The position numbers were made by a program, and so were the translations under genes. Of a DNA stretch of 64,000 nucleotides, positions 37,019 to 45,269 are shown piece by piece (position 1 is the first letter of the stretch; the number at the start of each line of letters is the position of its first letter). The DNA is from Patescibacteria group bacterium UBA2773 (GTDB taxonomy: Bacteria > Patescibacteriota > Minisyncoccia > Moranbacterales > DUUL01): the NCBI GenBank assembly GCA_002352465.1, contig DEIN01000017.1, positions 777 to 64,776 on the forward strand, written 5' to 3'. Below the pieces are notes generated by a model. It was not told the origin of the DNA, did not search any database, and saw nothing but the letters and a program-made list of their open reading frames with translations.

Positions 37019-38275
37019 ATGAAAATAAAAAAAATAGAGGCGTTGGAAATTTTGGATTCTCGGGCCAATCCGACGGTGGAAGTTAGAATAACTTTAGAAA
37101 ATGGGATTTCAGCCAAAGCAGCCGTGCCTTCAGGGGCTTCAACTGGAACTAAAGAAGCTTTAGAATTGCGAGATGGAGATAAAAAAAGATTTATGGGAAA
37201 AGGGGTTCAGCAAGTTTGCGAGAATATTGAAAAAGAAATTTTTCCGGCTATTAAAAATATGTCGATTTTTGATCAAAAAGAAATTGATCAAGTGATGATT
37301 GAATTGGACGGGACAGAGAACAAATCTCGTTTGGGAGCCAATGCAATTTTGGCGGTTTCTTTGGCGGTGGCGAGAGTGGCGGCGATTAAAAAGGGGTTGT
37401 CTTTGTGGAAATATTTGCGAGAGGTCTATGATTTGGAAGAAAGCCATGATTATAAGTTTCCGATTCCAATGATGAATTTGATTAATGGTGGGGAACATTC
37501 TGATAGCCAATTGGATATTCAAGAATTTATGGTGGTGCCTTATGGTTTTGAAAATTTTACTGATCGAATCAGAGCGGGAGTGGAAGTCTATCACAATCTT
37601 AAAGAAATGTTAGTTAATAATAACTATCGAATTGCGGTAGGTGATGAGGGCGGATTTGCTCCTCGTTTGAATGATAATAAGAGTGCTTTAGATTTTATTC
37701 AAAAATCAATCAAGAAAGCTGGTTATTCCAAGAAAGATGTGGGAACGGGAATTGACGCGGCGGCAACCAATTTTTATGATCAGAAAACTGGACAGTATAA
37801 TTTGAAATTGGAAAAAGTTTCTTTGGATAGTAAAAAAATTCAATCAATGTATCAAGAATGGATCGAAAAATATAATATGAAAGTGATTGAGGATCCGATG
37901 AGCGAATTTGACTGGACTGGCTGGATTGATTTTAATCAAGAAAATAAACACAAATTGCCGATTATTGGGGATGATTTGTTGGTAACTAATGAAAAATTAA
38001 TTCAAGAAGCGATTGACAAAGATGCCTGCAACGCAGTTTTGATTAAAGTTAATCAAATTGGTTCATTGACGGAAACGATTAATGCGATTAATTTAGCTCG
38101 AGATAATGATCTTAAAATTGCAGTATCTCACCGAAGTGGAGAAACAGCTGACGACTTTATTGCTGACTTAGCGATTGCAACGGAAGCGGAATATGTGAAG
38201 TTCGGAGCACCGGCGAGGATTGAGAGGGCTACCAAATACAACAGGATCATGGAAATAGAACAGCGGGAATACTAG
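37019..38275 (+). CDS. eno: Enolase (phosphopyruvate hydratase)
   Basis: It starts MKIKKIEALEILDSRANPTVEV, contains ...SGETAD..., and is 418 aa. Confidence 0.95.
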   Translation: MKIKKIEALEILDSRANPTVEVRITLENGISAKAAVPSGASTGTKEALELRDGDKKRFMGKGVQQVCENIEKEIFPAIKNMSIFDQKEIDQVMIELDGTENKSRLGANAILAVSLAVARVAAIKKGLSLWKYLREVYDLEESHDYKFPIPMMNLINGGEHSDSQLDIQEFMVVPYGFENFTDRIRAGVEVYHNLKEMLVNNNYRIAVGDEGGFAPRLNDNKSALDFIQKSIKKAGYSKKDVGTGIDAAATNFYDQKTGQYNLKLEKVSLDSKKIQSMYQEWIEKYNMKVIEDPMSEFDWTGWIDFNQENKHKLPIIGDDLLVTNEKLIQEAIDKDACNAVLIKVNQIGSLTETINAINLARDNDLKIAVSHRSGETADDFIADLAIATEAEYVKFGAPARIERATKYNRIMEIEQREY

Positions 38276-38284
38276 GTTTGAGAT

Positions 38285-38395
38285 TTTGGCACACTTCTGC
38301 GTTGAAATTTTCGCTTTTCTCTCAACGTATCTTTCAATACGTTTCGCTCAATGCTCAATTTCGCCTTGAATTGCACTTAAAATCTCAAGCCCAGG
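38285..38395. repeat. Dispersed repeat family 1 copy with a compensatory hairpin variant (aacgtat-ctttcaa-tacgtt)
   Basis: ggcacacttctgcgttgaaattttcgcttttctctcaacgtatctttcaatacgtttcgctcaatgctcaatttcgccttgaattgcacttaaaa, directly after the eno stop. Confidence 0.65.
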
Positions 38396-38479
38396 TGTAT
38401 ATTGAAATTTTTGTTTCTTATTTTGTTTTAAATATTAAGGTTCATTTCTAATGGGTAATTTTATGAAGAAAAAAAATTA

Positions 38480-38830
38480 TTGTTTATTTTGATACTTTTT
38501 ATAATTATTAGTTTATCTGCTTTATTTATATATTTAGCTTTTTCTTCAAGCCCTGAATATTTAGGAAATAAAATAAAATGTAATTCCATTTTAGATGCAA
38601 AAATAAGTTGTGAAAAAGCTTATGAATTAGCAAAACCATATTTAGAAAAATCATTTTCATTAAAAAATAGAGAGCAGAGAGGCGTTCCAGAGGATTATAT
38701 TTCGCAAAAAGGAGATTATTATTATGTTAATAGAGATTATCCTATTGGTAAATCAAATTGGTTTTATGCAGGTGGAAATTCAGCGGTAAAAATAAACAAA
38801 GACACGGGTGAAATAAAGGAGCCAAAATAA
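38480..38830 (+). CDS. Small secreted/membrane-anchored hypothetical protein
   Basis: As given it has a TTG start. An ATG plus A8 tract 17 nt upstream would give MKKKKLLFILILF... if the tract were A9. The N-terminus is hydrophobic. Confidence 0.4.
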   Translation: MFILILFIIISLSALFIYLAFSSSPEYLGNKIKCNSILDAKISCEKAYELAKPYLEKSFSLKNREQRGVPEDYISQKGDYYYVNRDYPIGKSNWFYAGGNSAVKINKDTGEIKEPK

Positions 38831-38902
38831 AAATTTTTCAAAATATAGATACTGAAAATCCGCTTGGAAGAGCGGATTTTTGTTAAATTTATTATTTTTG
38901 AT

Positions 38903-38985
38903 AATTGAAAATTAAGTCATTGAAAATTGATTGCCTGTCTAGCCGAAGGCTTGCTGAGGTAGATAAATTGAAAATTGAAAATTCT
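38903..38985. repeat. AT-rich repeat family 2 (ATTGAAAATTGA-type units flanking a GC-rich core)
   Basis: ataattgaaaattaagtcattgaaaattgattgcctgtctagccgaaggcttgctgaggtagataaattgaaaattgaaaatt. Confidence 0.55.
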
Positions 38986-38999
38986 AAAAACCCAAGTTT

Positions 39000-39815
39000 T
39001 TATTTTAAGAGAGTTTTATTTTTCACAGCATCTTTGAATTCGCTATAAGAATTGGTGAGATAGTAAACAGTTAAGATATTCATATCAGTCAATCTGACCG
39101 CGGCTTGGAAACTCCTGATGGGGTCTTCGTCGATGATTAAAAGTTTTCCAGAGGGAACATCTTTTTTGTTTTTTTCTAAATTTTCTAAGGGGATGTTGAT
39201 TGAATTCTCAAAGTGATCTTTATTAAAATCAGTTTTGCTTCGAACGTCTAAATAAATAAAGCGTTCGCCTGTTTGTAATTTTTCGCCTAGAGTCGGTAAG
39301 TCGAATAAATTGACTTTTGCTCGGTCTCGGGTGGAAGTAGTGTTTCCGTAGGAAACTAAATCGAAACCGGCGCTGAGATAATAATAAAGCCCGCCTTCCA
39401 AATAATTCAATTTATAGCCTTTTTCTTTAAGTTCATTGGCTATTTTTTTACCAGCTTGGGTTTCTTGTTTTTCGATGAAAATAATAGTTTGCTCTTGGTT
39501 GAGTTGATATTCTTTGCTGGGGATTTCTTCTAGCGGGATGTTAATTGAGGCTTCAATGTGATTTTCCGAAAATTCTTGTTTATTGCGAGTGTCAATCATT
39601 AAATATTCTTCGTTTCGAATGGATTTAAAAACTTTTTTAGGTGTAATATAGGTGAGGTTAAAATTAGTTTCTTCAAACTTATTTTCTTCTATTTCCAATA
39701 GAGAACCGTCTTTGGGAGATTTATTTTTTATTAGAAAAAAAATGGCGATTACCGCTATTAGTAAAATGATAGTAATTGAAAAAGCCGCTAAAACTGAAGA
39801 ATCTTTTTTTTCCAT
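39000..39815 (-). CDS. Tandem rhodanese-like domain protein with an N-terminal TM anchor; the catalytic Cys is not evident
   Basis: Two rhodanese-like modules are present (..MIDTRNKQEF..HIEASINIP..; ..YLDVRSKTDF..HFENSINIP..). No Cys sits at the active-loop position, so they may be non-catalytic. Confidence 0.55.
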   Translation of the reverse strand: MEKKDSSVLAAFSITIILLIAVIAIFFLIKNKSPKDGSLLEIEENKFEETNFNLTYITPKKVFKSIRNEEYLMIDTRNKQEFSENHIEASINIPLEEIPSKEYQLNQEQTIIFIEKQETQAGKKIANELKEKGYKLNYLEGGLYYYLSAGFDLVSYGNTTSTRDRAKVNLFDLPTLGEKLQTGERFIYLDVRSKTDFNKDHFENSINIPLENLEKNKKDVPSGKLLIIDEDPIRSFQAAVRLTDMNILTVYYLTNSYSEFKDAVKNKTLLK

Positions 39816-39819
39816 TTTT

Positions 39820-40773
39820 TTATTTTAAAACGTTATGAATTAATTTTGGATTTCCATTGAGAAAATCTTTGATGGATAGTTTATTCTTGCCTTCCAGCTG
39901 AATTTTTTTTAAGACTATTGAGCCTTGAGTGGTTTGGATTAGGGTCTGGTTATTTTTTTGATAAACCTCTCCTGATTGTCTGTTTTTTTCGGAAATTTCA
40001 GATTTGGAAATTTCGTTTAAAATAATTTTTTTGGTTTTTCCATTAATGGTCCAAAAAGTGTGAATTTGAGGCCAAAGATAAAATGCTTTAAATTGATTAT
40101 AAATTTTTTCAGCGCTGTCAGTCCAGTCAATTTTCCCGTCTGTTTTTTTGATTATCTTAGTCCAACTAGCTTGACTATGATTTTGAGGTTTAGGCTTAAT
40201 TTTTTCTTTGAGATAGTTGTTTAAGGTTGGAATTAGAATTTGGTTAGTAGCTTCAATCAATTTATTTTCTAAAACAGGATAAGTATCCTGAGAATCTATT
40301 TTAATTTTTTCTTGAAAAATTAAATCGCCTGAATCAATTCCAATGTTCATTTTCATCATTGTTATTCCAGTTTCTTCTAAACCTTGAAGTAGGGCGGTTT
40401 GAATTGGGCAAGATCCACGAAGTTTCGGCAAAAGCGAAGTGTGAATATTAATACAACCAAATTGGGGTTGAGCCAAAATTTCTAGGGGAATAATCATTCC
40501 ATAGGCAGCGACAATAATCAAGTCAGGTTCAAGCGTTTTGATTTTAGTCAAAGCTTGAGAATCTAATTTTGAGAATTGTTCTATTTTTAATTTATTTTTT
40601 TGGGCAAAAATTTTGACTTCTGAGGGTTTTAATTCTTTTTTTCTTCCAGCTGGTTTGTCAGGTTGAGTGATGACGAGTCTAATCTCTATTTCTTTTTCAA
40701 TTAAATTTTTTAAAAGTTCCTTGGCGAAAAAAGAAGTTCCTATAAATATGATTCGAGCATTTTTTAGGTTCAT
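39820..40773 (-). CDS. fmt: Methionyl-tRNA formyltransferase
   Basis: N-terminal IIFIGTSFFA..., formyltransferase core (..NIHTSLLPKLRG..). It sits downstream of def in the classic operon. Confidence 0.85.
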   Translation of the reverse strand: MNLKNARIIFIGTSFFAKELLKNLIEKEIEIRLVITQPDKPAGRKKELKPSEVKIFAQKNKLKIEQFSKLDSQALTKIKTLEPDLIIVAAYGMIIPLEILAQPQFGCINIHTSLLPKLRGSCPIQTALLQGLEETGITMMKMNIGIDSGDLIFQEKIKIDSQDTYPVLENKLIEATNQILIPTLNNYLKEKIKPKPQNHSQASWTKIIKKTDGKIDWTDSAEKIYNQFKAFYLWPQIHTFWTINGKTKKIILNEISKSEISEKNRQSGEVYQKNNQTLIQTTQGSIVLKKIQLEGKNKLSIKDFLNGNPKLIHNVLK

Positions 40774-40991
40774 TATTTTTTGGGAAAATATTTTAAAAAT
40801 AATTTATTAAATCGTGTTGAAAATAAACAGGTTTAATTAACGAGAAGTTGATTGAGATTATTTTTTGTTGTGAAATTCAAAATTTTTGAGATAAATTTTA
40901 AAAATAATTTTCGTAGTACTAGCGAGTTAATTCAAGAAAATTTTTTAAGAATTTAACCAAAAATTTTGAATTGCAACAGAAATAAATAGTC

Positions 40992-41432
40992 TTAATTAAT
41001 TTCTACTCGATCGACAATTAAGATACCGTTTAAATGGTCGATTTCATGTTGAATAGCTCGAGCTAAAAGTCCTCGGGCTCTAATAATTTGTTTTTTACCA
41101 TTAGAATCGGTAGCTTTGATTTTTATTCTTTTGCCTCTTTCAATGTTTAGAAATTTATTAGGGATTGATAAACAACCTTCTTCAGAAATTAGTTTTTCTT
41201 TGGATATGTTTTTGATTTCTGGATTGATTAAGACAAAAAGTTCATGTTCAATTTCGATTATGCAAAGTCTTAAATTTTTTCCTACTTGAGGGGCAGCTAA
41301 ACCTACTCCGTTATTAGCGCGAAGAGTTTGAAGCATTTCTGCAATCAGTTGTTTGGTTTCGACGCTAGTTGGATCTTTTACCTCGATCGATTCTTTTCTT
41401 AAAATTTCATTGGGATATTCTATAATTTTCAT
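40992..41432 (-). CDS. def: Peptide deformylase
   Basis: Motifs GVGLAAPQVG, EGCLSIP, HEIDHLNG. Confidence 0.95.
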   Translation of the reverse strand: MKIIEYPNEILRKESIEVKDPTSVETKQLIAEMLQTLRANNGVGLAAPQVGKNLRLCIIEIEHELFVLINPEIKNISKEKLISEEGCLSIPNKFLNIERGKRIKIKATDSNGKKQIIRARGLLARAIQHEIDHLNGILIVDRVEIN

Positions 41433-41508
41433 AAATTAACTTAAAAGTTTATTAAAGTCTGATTCTGTCAGTAGGCAGATTAGAAAGTTCTTAAAGTAAG
41501 ACTAGAAT

Positions 41509-43479
41509 TTAAAAAATATTTTCTGGATCTGGGTCAATACTCCAAGAAACAGAAAGTTTTCGCAAGACTTTATTTAAAATTGGAAGTTTTTGATTACTTG
41601 GGGTTTTTATCAGAATATGTTTATTCCAAAAGATTCCCTTTTTTTTGATAAAACTATAAAATGGCTCAAATATCTCAATTTTTTCTTTCCTAAGCTCTTT
41701 CTGCAATTGATTATATACCTTATCGGTAATTTTTTCAACTTTTTCTTTATTGAAATCTTTAAAAGATAATCGATAAATTTTTTTGAAAGGAGGATAGCCT
41801 AGAGCTTCTCGATTAGCGGTTTCTTCTTTGATAAAGCTTTTCCAGCTCCATTTTTTGAGATTGGTTAGTATTTCCAGGTTTGATTTAAAGCTTTGAATAT
41901 AGAAGATGCCTTTTTGGTCGCTGTGGGGTCGATTTAAACGTCCTCCAACTTGAAAAAATCCGCCCAACCATCTTTCATCGAATTTAAAATCAGCTTTCCC
42001 CGTCCAGCGTTGAGCATTGAGAACAGCTACTAAATCAATATTGGGGAAATCAAAACCTTTAGCAATGGTTTGATTGCCAACTAAAAAATCAATTTTATTT
42101 TCTTTTATTTTTTTGAATAAAAGTTTTCGAGAACTATTTTTTTCAAAGTTGCTTTTTGTCACTAGACTAACTTTGGAGTAAGGAAATCTTTTTTTGATTT
42201 CTGTTGCTACTGATTCAGTTCCAAAGCCGATATTTTTTAGTTTGTAGCTTTTACAGTTGGGGCAATTAGTTAGACTGGAGATTTTGTAGGTGCAATGCAG
42301 GCATTGATAATTGTCTTTAGTGTGAACCAGCGAAGTCCCACATTTTGGACATTTGAGGGCGGTTTTGCAATTTTCACAAAAAACCGCTTGACTTTTGCCG
42401 TGATAAGGAACTAAAATCAAGGAAATTTTCTTTTTGGCTAAAGTGGCTTTGATATTTGCTAAGAGTTCGTTGCAGAAGAGGATGTCACCATTTCTTTGAT
42501 AAGATTTTTCCCATAAATTAATGATTTTAATTTCGGGTTTAACTACTTTAATTTTAACAGTTTTCAGTGAGGGAAGCGTCAATAATTCCCAACCATCTTG
42601 TTGATTTTGACTTTTCCAATAATTTTTAATCGAAGGAGTGGCAGACAGAAAAACCAGTTGGGCTTGATGAATTTTAGCTAACCAACTGGCTATTTTCTCG
42701 ACGTGATATTTTGGGTTTTGATTCCAATTCTTATGAGAAATGTCTTGTTCTTCGTCAATAATAATTGCTCCTAAATTTTTAAACGGCATAAAACAACCAG
42801 TTTTAGTGGAGATTAAAATATCCAATTTGCCAGATTTCACTTGAGTCCAAATAGCAGAGATTTCAGAAGGTTTTAGCTGAGAATGCAAAAGGGCGACTTT
42901 TTTATCGAAAAATCTTTTTTGATAACGATGAATTTCTTGATAGGACAAGAATATTTCGGGTAAAACCACCAGGGATTGTTTGTTCCGCTGGAGATTTTTT
43001 TCAATTATTTTCATTGCTATTTCAGTTTTTCCCGAAGAAGCTGGTCCAAAAACTAAAAACTTTTTTTGTTGATTTTTAGCGATTGTCGTTAAAACTTTTT
43101 TTTGAGCGTTGGTTAATTCAATTTCTGATTTTTCCGAGAGCTTATTTTTCGGAAGATCTGGAATATTCTTAGTGATATTGAAAGCGAAGAATTTTAAAAC
43201 CACTCCTAGGGAAGTAAAATAGTAGTCTGAAATTTTCTGGGCTAATTTTAGCTGATTTGGATCAAACAGAGAAGTAGTTTTGATTTTTGAAATTTCTCGA
43301 GTTCTAAAGGCAGGTTCTTCTTGTTTTTCAAGCGCAATCCCTTTGATTTTTTTCCGTCCAAAAGGCATTAAAACCAAAGAACCCCAAGGAATTTCTTCTT
43401 TGGATTTGTAGGTAAAATAGGGCTCGTGATCGATTGAGATGCGAGTTAGGGGGACGACTTTATAGTAAAAGTAAGGCAT
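41509..43479 (-). CDS. priA: Primosomal protein N' (PriA helicase)
   Basis: Walker A GPASSGKTE, DEEQD-type Walker B (IIDEEQD), Cys-rich Zn-binding insert (CENCKTALKCPKCG...CLHC...CPNC). Confidence 0.85.
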   Translation of the reverse strand: MPYFYYKVVPLTRISIDHEPYFTYKSKEEIPWGSLVLMPFGRKKIKGIALEKQEEPAFRTREISKIKTTSLFDPNQLKLAQKISDYYFTSLGVVLKFFAFNITKNIPDLPKNKLSEKSEIELTNAQKKVLTTIAKNQQKKFLVFGPASSGKTEIAMKIIEKNLQRNKQSLVVLPEIFLSYQEIHRYQKRFFDKKVALLHSQLKPSEISAIWTQVKSGKLDILISTKTGCFMPFKNLGAIIIDEEQDISHKNWNQNPKYHVEKIASWLAKIHQAQLVFLSATPSIKNYWKSQNQQDGWELLTLPSLKTVKIKVVKPEIKIINLWEKSYQRNGDILFCNELLANIKATLAKKKISLILVPYHGKSQAVFCENCKTALKCPKCGTSLVHTKDNYQCLHCTYKISSLTNCPNCKSYKLKNIGFGTESVATEIKKRFPYSKVSLVTKSNFEKNSSRKLLFKKIKENKIDFLVGNQTIAKGFDFPNIDLVAVLNAQRWTGKADFKFDERWLGGFFQVGGRLNRPHSDQKGIFYIQSFKSNLEILTNLKKWSWKSFIKEETANREALGYPPFKKIYRLSFKDFNKEKVEKITDKVYNQLQKELRKEKIEIFEPFYSFIKKKGIFWNKHILIKTPSNQKLPILNKVLRKLSVSWSIDPDPENIF

Positions 43480-43489
43480 TTAATAAATA

Positions 43490-43630
43490 ATTTACAATTT
43501 ACAATTTACAATCAATTTTCAATTTAACAATTTACAATGACAAGCTTTGCTTGTTTAGGTTTGAAAATTGAAAATTAATTCATTGAAAATTCATTGAAAA
43601 TTGAAAATTGGTTTATTGAAAATTTGCTAG
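43490..43630. repeat. AT-rich repeat family 2 in inverted configuration (TTTACAA/AATTTTCAAT arm ... palindrome acaagctttgcttgt ... ATTGAAAATT arm)
   Basis: tttacaatttacaatttacaatcaattttcaattt...ttgaaaattgaaaattaattcattgaaaattcattgaaaattgaaaatt. Confidence 0.55.
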
Positions 43631-44424
43631 CGTATTGTCCATCTTCCCACCAAATACCCTCCCCCAAACGGGGCTTCATAAGAGATCTGGGAAAACTTAT
43701 AACGAGTTTTGTCTAGAAGCCCTAAGGCGATGATAATTGATTTCAATCCCAATTCGCCAGCCTCTTGGCAGAAATCAGGATTTAATTTCAAGACTTTATC
43801 GGTTTTGGAATTTTTTAATAATTTAATTAAAGTTTGATCAAATTTTACGCCATAAGGAGAAAATTTTTCGGGAGAATTATTAGTAATTCGTTGTGATAAA
43901 TCACCATTGGCGATGAAAGCGATGTTTTCTTCGATTTCAGCGAAAATTGTTTTTAAAATTTTCCCTAGTTTAAAATGATCATTCCAGCTCAAAGAAGAGA
44001 AGGTCAAATTGACAATTTTAGGTTTTTTCTTGAATTTTTTATCCAAAAAAGTTAAGGGCACCAAAGTTCCGTAGTCAATATCTTCTTCTTGAATGGCTTC
44101 TATCGGAAAATTTTGAGCGCGGAGTTTTTTTAAAATCAGTTTAGCTAAGCAATAATTTCCAGAATAAAGGTAATCTTTGTGATTATCAATTCCAAATTTG
44201 CTAAAGCTCCCTTTTAGATTTTTTTCAATATTAATCGTGAATTTATCATAGCGGATTGGTCCTCGGGGTGAAATGAAAAAGATTGTATCAGGATTTGACC
44301 GAGTTAGTTCTTCGGAAAATTTTTCAAAACCAGCCACTGTTTTTTTGCTTAGTAAGTAGTTTTTCTGGTTAATTTCTGGAATGATTGCTGGGGAGAACGG
44401 CACGATGCCAATAAAATTTAGCAT
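43627..44424 (-). CDS. LigB-fold (class III extradiol dioxygenase / YgiD-like) protein lacking the canonical metal-binding histidines
   Basis: Colinear similarity to YgiD/LigB blocks (GIVPFSP ~ GHGSP; IFFISPRG ~ VVVSAHW; DYGTLVPL ~ DHGSWGVL; FIANGDL ~ LVASGNV). The expected His residues are replaced by F, R or S. Confidence 0.4.
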   Translation of the reverse strand: MLNFIGIVPFSPAIIPEINQKNYLLSKKTVAGFEKFSEELTRSNPDTIFFISPRGPIRYDKFTINIEKNLKGSFSKFGIDNHKDYLYSGNYCLAKLILKKLRAQNFPIEAIQEEDIDYGTLVPLTFLDKKFKKKPKIVNLTFSSLSWNDHFKLGKILKTIFAEIEENIAFIANGDLSQRITNNSPEKFSPYGVKFDQTLIKLLKNSKTDKVLKLNPDFCQEAGELGLKSIIIALGLLDKTRYKFSQISYEAPFGGGYLVGRWTIR

Positions 44425-44671
44425 AAACTTTTTATTTAATATTTCCTTTACTGGCTTTATGATAGCGGAATATTTGGGGATTTACAAGGAAAAGAGTCAT
44501 TAGCAATTAGCAATCGGTAATTAGCAATTACTGATGACTGATTGCTTTTTATCTAATCGTTTAATTTAAAACAACTTTAAAAACTTTCTAACTTTACGGA
44601 CTTTAAACTAGTCTAGATCTTCAACTTTATAAACTTTTGATTTTACAAACTTTTTAATTGACACTTTTTCC

Positions 44672-44700
44672 TTGACAACTTTTTTGATAGAAATTATAAT
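44672..44700 (+). promoter_or_regulatory. Consensus sigma70-type promoter for nrdR-nrdD (TTGACA-17 nt-TATAAT)
   Basis: ttgacaacttttttgatagaaattataat. Confidence 0.6.
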
Positions 44701-44722
44701 AGTAGAGTAATTAAGAATAAAA

Positions 44723-44738
44723 ACACAAGATGTTGTGC
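44723..44738 (+). promoter_or_regulatory. Candidate NrdR box (16-bp palindrome) just downstream of the -10
   Basis: acacaagatgttgtgc matches the consensus acaCwAtATaTwGtgt at 13 of 16 positions. Confidence 0.45.
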
Positions 44739-44770
44739 TTTTAGGGAAAAATAAAAAATTTAATAAAAAA

Positions 44771-45223
44771 ATGAAATGTCCTTTTTGCAATCATATTGAA
44801 ACTAAAGTTATTGATTCGAGAGATACCAATGATAATAAAACTATTCGGCGGAGAAGAGAATGCGAAAAATGCCAAGCTCGTTTTTCGACTTATGAACAAA
44901 TTGAAGTTTTGAATCGAGTGGTGATTAAAAGAGATGAAAGCAAAGAAGCTTATAATCGGGAAAAATTGGAAAAAAGTATTAAATTAGCGACTAATAAAAG
45001 AATTAAAGGTTCAGATTTACGGCAGTTGATGGATGAAGTTGAAGCGGAAATCAATTGTGATGGAAAGGCAGAAATTATTTCAAAAAAAATTGGAAATATT
45101 GTTTTGAATAATTTAAAGAAAAGGGACCAAGTGGCTTATTTGCGATTCGCTTCAGTCTTTAAATCATTTGGAAGCGGAAAACGTTTTGTGAAAGAGCTCA
45201 ATAAAATTGAAAAAACTAATTAA
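44771..45223 (+). CDS. nrdR: Transcriptional repressor NrdR
   Basis: MKCPFCNHIETKVIDSRD...CEKCQARFSTYE Zn ribbon plus an ATP-cone. Confidence 0.9.
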   Translation: MKCPFCNHIETKVIDSRDTNDNKTIRRRRECEKCQARFSTYEQIEVLNRVVIKRDESKEAYNREKLEKSIKLATNKRIKGSDLRQLMDEVEAEINCDGKAEIISKKIGNIVLNNLKKRDQVAYLRFASVFKSFGSGKRFVKELNKIEKTN

Positions 45224-45269
45224 TTTTTTTACATATACTAATTAATAAATAAACAGGGGACCAAAAAAA

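Noticed and set aside
44490-44560. AATTAGCAAT triple repeat upstream of the LigB-like gene
   Set aside because: It is a short AT-rich direct or inverted repeat with no second copy elsewhere in the window. There is not enough evidence to call it a regulatory site.
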